In this document: positions 59,536 to 64,000 of the stretch, piece after piece
Layout: each line of letters starts with the position of its first letter
Numbering within the stretch: position 1 is the first letter of the stretch
Origin: Eukaryota sp. TZLM1-RC
Lineage: Eukaryota; Protista; Metamonada: BaSk clade
NCBI GenBank assembly: GCA_040285825.1
Contig: JAUPSS010000003.1
Location: 186,001 to 250,000, forward strand
Direction: 5' to 3'
DNA: 64,000 bases
Position numbers and translations under genes: made by a program
The notes under the pieces: model-generated
Told to the model about the DNA's origin: nothing
Database searches by the model: none
Seen by the model: the letters and a program-made list of their open reading frames with translations, nothing else

Positions 59536-60622
59536 TCATCTTCTCAACAGAGATTCTGGGCAAATGTATCTTTCCGGCCACAATTCTGCTTTCTTCTTAA
59601 TTTGAATATTTTTTGCAGCGGAAATATCTCTGTCATATACTATTTGACACTCAGTACAAATACGCATCTGCCATGAGCCTACTTGAATATTCCCGGCCAT
59701 GCAACAACTTGACAGTTTCCTTGTATTAAATTCACTGGTTGGCAAGTGCTTCACGTCCTTTTGATAACACAATCATTTTCTGAAAGCCCTTGCTGATCCA
59801 TATCGATTGACTTTTCGGCAATGAGAAGGGAAATTAGCAGAACCCACAGCAAGATAGAGTTTTTCAGGATGTCCAGCCAGCCTTTGAAATTTGTTGAGAC
59901 TCTCTCTGAACCGTCTCTCTCTCTTCGTCTACGGTTATCAAATTTAATTATTTTCCCTGCCAAATACACTTTCCTCCTGACCAAATTCCAATGGTTCAAA
60001 TATTGGTTGAAATTTTGAACGGAATATTGGTGGGGAGAGTGTTTACTGGTTGAAAGCTTTGTCATGTATCTTCTGCCAGTTGGACAAGGGATAACTCCAC
60101 ATTGATTATCAGTTAAGAAGTAACCACATAATCTAGATTGTCCCAGATCAACGCCGATAAGGGGCCTTTCAGGTAAAATTTCGACTGGATGTCTACGTCT
60201 TCGACGGGGCATTTTTTAGTACCCTTCAACTGTGTTTCTCTGGTTTTGTTGGCATTAGGGTCACTTTTCATTTCATTTTTTGGTCTTCTTTTCTTTTTCG
60301 GTGGTTCATCCAGCTCACCTGTGTTTTCTGAGTCATTACTTTTACCTTCAAAGGTCAAAAGCAGTTCATTACCATTAGTTTTCAATAAAAAAATTTTAAA
60401 TCTATTTTTCCAACTTTTTCTGTTTATATTGAATTTTTGGTAAGGACATTGTTTAAATATTCGTTTCAGACATGTATTTTTGATAAACTTTGTTTTGGAA
60501 GATGATCCTTCAATAAGTGGAAATTTTTTCACAGATTGGAAAACATGTGAAGGTACCTCATGAAATTTAGAACATTTATGAGAAGCTTCAGGTATTATTC
60601 CAAATTTCTTCCAGCAATGCAT
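59536..60622 (-). pseudogene. Fanzor/TnpB family B element F8
   Basis: RuvC-I LIGVDLGQSRL, RuvC-II SEFNT.K..SCC, and CTECQIVYDRDISAAKNI. Frameshifted. Confidence 0.88.
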
Positions 60623-61483
60623 ATGAGAAAAGAAAGTGAGTAAGTATTGTTAAATTTTTAGATTAAAGAGAAATAGCTCACGAATTTCCTTTGATGAAAA
60701 GGTGATTTTTCATGTGAAAAGTAGGGAAGCAGTGGTAGGAAATCTTTGAAGGAGATTCAAGATAAACTTACATGCATTTAACAAAAAGAATCTTTCTCTT
60801 GAATTATTCAGATTAAAATTGATGTAATGAATTTTGCCATGAAGAAACAAGAGACCTGTCTCTTGGGCATTCAGGAAGAAATCCACTGTAAAAGATATAG
60901 AATAATTGGCGTTGGCCTTTAGAGGTGGATGGAACCAGAAGAACCAGTGGTGATGGTGGTCATAAAAAGATACCATACATCCTGTTCCACTAAAGCTCAT
61001 CATGCCAACGGAAAATTTAGAAGAAAAGATTGAAGCAGTAAAGAAGCTTCATGACAAATATCGGTGACCAAAGGAAGGTCAGTCCGAATTTGTTGCACCA
61101 CCGCAGGGGTCAGCAGCGAGTTAAGTGCACAAGACAGAGTGAATACAAGTGACACAGAGTGAATGTTTGTCATGTAGTGAGAATAAACAGCTCATCTATC
61201 AAATTGTAAACTTGTTACCCCATGTTCGACTTCTTGTCGCCTGTTCTGGGAGGTTTTTAACCCTCAACTTTGTTTTGGGAGGTTTTCACTATTCTTACAC
61301 TTTCCCCTCATTTCATAAACTAGGTTCTTATTTCCCTCACTTAACTTCTTTTTTCGAGCTTTAGGACTCCCCTGTAATCTTTCAACTTCTTTATATTACT
61401 CCCTCATTTCATGCCCCACTACTGGCCCTCCATAAACTGCAACTTATGCTGCTCTACCACCGACGCCTCAACCGGTACAGTTC

Positions 61484-61741
61484 ATGTACACACCTCCTGC
61501 TCCTCGCTCATCCGGTAATAATACCAGGAAAACTTTCCTTGAAAGCTTTGATTGGAAGTTGAACAAAATTGTTAGTCATTCATCAAACAAAAACGCTGTT
61601 GTCCCTAGCGTTTTACTTGGTTTGAAGCTTTCTAATGGCATCTCGAAGGAAAATGTTAACATTGAGCTAAACGAACGAGAGCTGGAAGCCCTTGTCAATA
61701 ATGTTGAATAAATCTCTGTTCATTTAGACAATCTATTATAA
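61484..61741 (+). CDS. COMM-domain protein (possible premature stop at 61709-61711)
   Basis: FDWKL..VS.SS..PSVLLGLKL..NIELNERELEALV. The COMM-like tail ISVHLDNLL continues past the TAA. Confidence 0.7.
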
Positions 61742-62569
61742 AGTAAGTTATTTTGTAAAAAAAATAGTTGATGTTTTTTGTTGTTTATTTGAACATTATT
61801 GGCACGTTATTACGCAAAGAAGCTCCTGAACTGTGTGTTCTAGGTTTTCTGTGTTTTATGTCTACACCATTAAGTAAAAGTTGAAAACTAAGGCCCATAA
61901 ATGTCGTAGGGAGAAACCAGACGTTGGTGGAAGATTTGGTTGGTGAAAAAAATACACCAAAATGCAACCAAAGTGAAAACCACAGTAAATTTTACTGAAC
62001 AATTTTAGTGAACAACAATTTTTTTGAACAATAGCTGGAAGCACAGTGGCATGAGATAAGAAAGAGTGGTGATTAGACTAGCAGAAAGCAAAAACTAAGG
62101 CAGGGAATTATGAGGGGGATTAGAGTCAGGGTGGCTGGTGAGGGGGATTTTTATTCACCCGAAAAGACCACCATAATAAATTTTATCTGAAGGAAATTCC
62201 CCTATTTGTTAAATATAAAGCATTTTTGTTATTCTGGAATGCCGAATTGCATACTCATTATGTCCTTTGTCCATTTGCGTTCTCCTTACATGGCTCTCTT
62301 GGTCCAATTGCTGTATCTCTTGGTTGTTTTTTATTGAAAATGTGAAACTTGATACAGAAAGAGTTTTGATAAGACGTTTTTGTAGAACAGAATTGTAATT
62401 TCAATTTTCAAAGGTGTTGTCTCCATGTTATCTCCTGCTTTCTTATCTTTTGGTCGGTTTTATGAAAGAATAACTTCCAGTCAATTTCTTTGGCTGATTT
62501 GGGGTATGAAAATATAGAATTTAAAGTTTGTTCTTTGGTTTTTCATTGGAATAAGTAATTTAGAATAAA

Positions 62570-64000
62570 GAAAGGAAAACGGGCTAAAATGGTGAAAAAT
62601 TTGGCTAACTAGGTGAAGAATGTCATCATGAATCTTCTTTTACTAAAAAGGTGAAACAACCATTCTTCTCAATAGAAACTGTTCAACTGCTTTCAGAAGA
62701 ATCGATAATGAAAATAGCATCCATCTAACAGTACACAATTCATGAACAGATTTTGGGTCATTTCAATATTATTGTGATTAACCAAACAAAGAAACAAAAA
62801 TATTTCAGATTTGGAACTATCAAAGATTGAAGCCAAAAAAATAATTAAAGATATGGATAATTCGAATTACACTTTGGAACAGAAAATTAGGTTCAATTAC
62901 CTAAATTTCTTTTATTCAACTCTACAAAATCTTGATAATGAGCTTGGTCAAAGAAGGATTCAATTTCCAGATAATAAATCAATGAATCGAGTTTTCCACT
63001 ACACAGCCAAACAAATTGCCATTAATTATGGCAATAATCTCAGCAAATACCTTCATGAATATATGTTGCGCTGGTTAAACATTATCCCCTTGAAGAAGTT
63101 CAGACTAGAACAAATTCAGGAAAATCATTTGATGAAAGACTTATTGCCTAAACTCAACAAAGTCAGGGAAGCCATTATCGGTGTAAATTTTGATGAACTT
63201 CCTATCAATGATCACATTGTTTTTCCCTTTCCCCAGTCAGAGTTGACTTTGAAGTTTTTTGCTTATGTGAAACATTGTTTTATTCCCACTTTTATTAAGA
63301 ATAAAAATCTTTATTATACTCAATCAGCCAAGCCATTGCAATTTCTGTCTTAGGCTATATATATTAACAGAAGCATTCAATCTTTCTGTTCCCATGATGG
63401 CAATCCTTTGTCAGTGAATAATCCTTTTCCATTGACAACTACATTGATTCCACAGCGTATAAGACTCGACACTCATTGGCTCAATGAAAGATTTAGCAAG
63501 TTTCAGAGGAAGAGCAAATGACATAAGATCATCAATTTTTACCGAAATACTAACTGATAAGGTATTAGATTCTTACAAACGTGAGACTAAAAGTTGCGTT
63601 CAATTGAAATTCTCCTCAATTGTAACAGATGGGATTGCTTGTTCAGTGGTCTTAACTGGTAAAGACCTGATTGCTGGAAATGGAAATGTTTTCAAGAATT
63701 TTACTTCCAAGACGTACCCAGAACGATACATACATTCCCTGTCTGCTGAAAATGTCGAGAAGTTGAAGTTAAAAGATAAAAGAATAGTTGCCATCGACCC
63801 TAACGAGTACGATTTAATGCACTGTGTTTCTCCAAATCCTGCTGTAACTATTACCCCAGAACAAATTTCACAAAATGTGTTCTATAAAAAAGACAACTTC
63901 CAGAAATCAGAAGCAAAAAACGCAAAAGTATTAAAAGAAGAGAGAAACAATTACAAAATCTATCAATCTATTCCAACTCTGACTCTCATTGCACGGCTAA
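62570..64000 (+). pseudogene. Fanzor1 element F9, N-terminal two thirds (runs off the window)
   Basis: NLYY..AKPLQFL, PFPLTTTLIPQRIRLDT, SIVTDGIACSVVL, and RuvC-I RIVAIDPNEYDLMHCV at 63781. Contains stops and frameshifts. Confidence 0.85.

Overview
AT-rich, gene-dense and nearly intron-free eukaryotic DNA using the standard genetic code. It probably comes from a flagellated protist, inferred from ciliary genes, a 31-nt intron and very short leaders. Host genes include Exo84, DIM1, guanylate kinase, WDR37, an EF-hand/CFAP77-like protein, a GtrA-like protein, a DP transcription factor, a giant USP9/24/34-like DUB, a Yvh1 Zn-domain protein, an RPGRIP1L-like protein, TBL1, an aldo-keto reductase, a USP16/45-like DUB and a COMMD protein. 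The intergenic DNA is packed with mobile elements: two Ty3/gypsy chromovirus-like LTR elements with 81-83 bp LTRs and 4-bp TSDs, many 5'-truncated RLE-type non-LTR fragments, an IS630/Tc1-like element, and nine degenerate Fanzor/TnpB-like (RuvC + Zn-finger) elements from at least three divergent families. The main observation concerns the eight Fanzor remnants whose 3' end lies in the window. All eight are co-oriented with a host gene and end just upstream of its start codon (one only after removing a nested transposon). Seven finish in a shared (A/T)GACAR-TAT-like motif, usually closing a hairpin, and the family A and B elements carry structured non-coding tails that are candidate omega-RNAs. 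This suggests an undescribed Fanzor system that targets or donates promoters/5' leaders. Coordinates of degenerate elements are approximate, and all family assignments come from motif recognition, not database searches.
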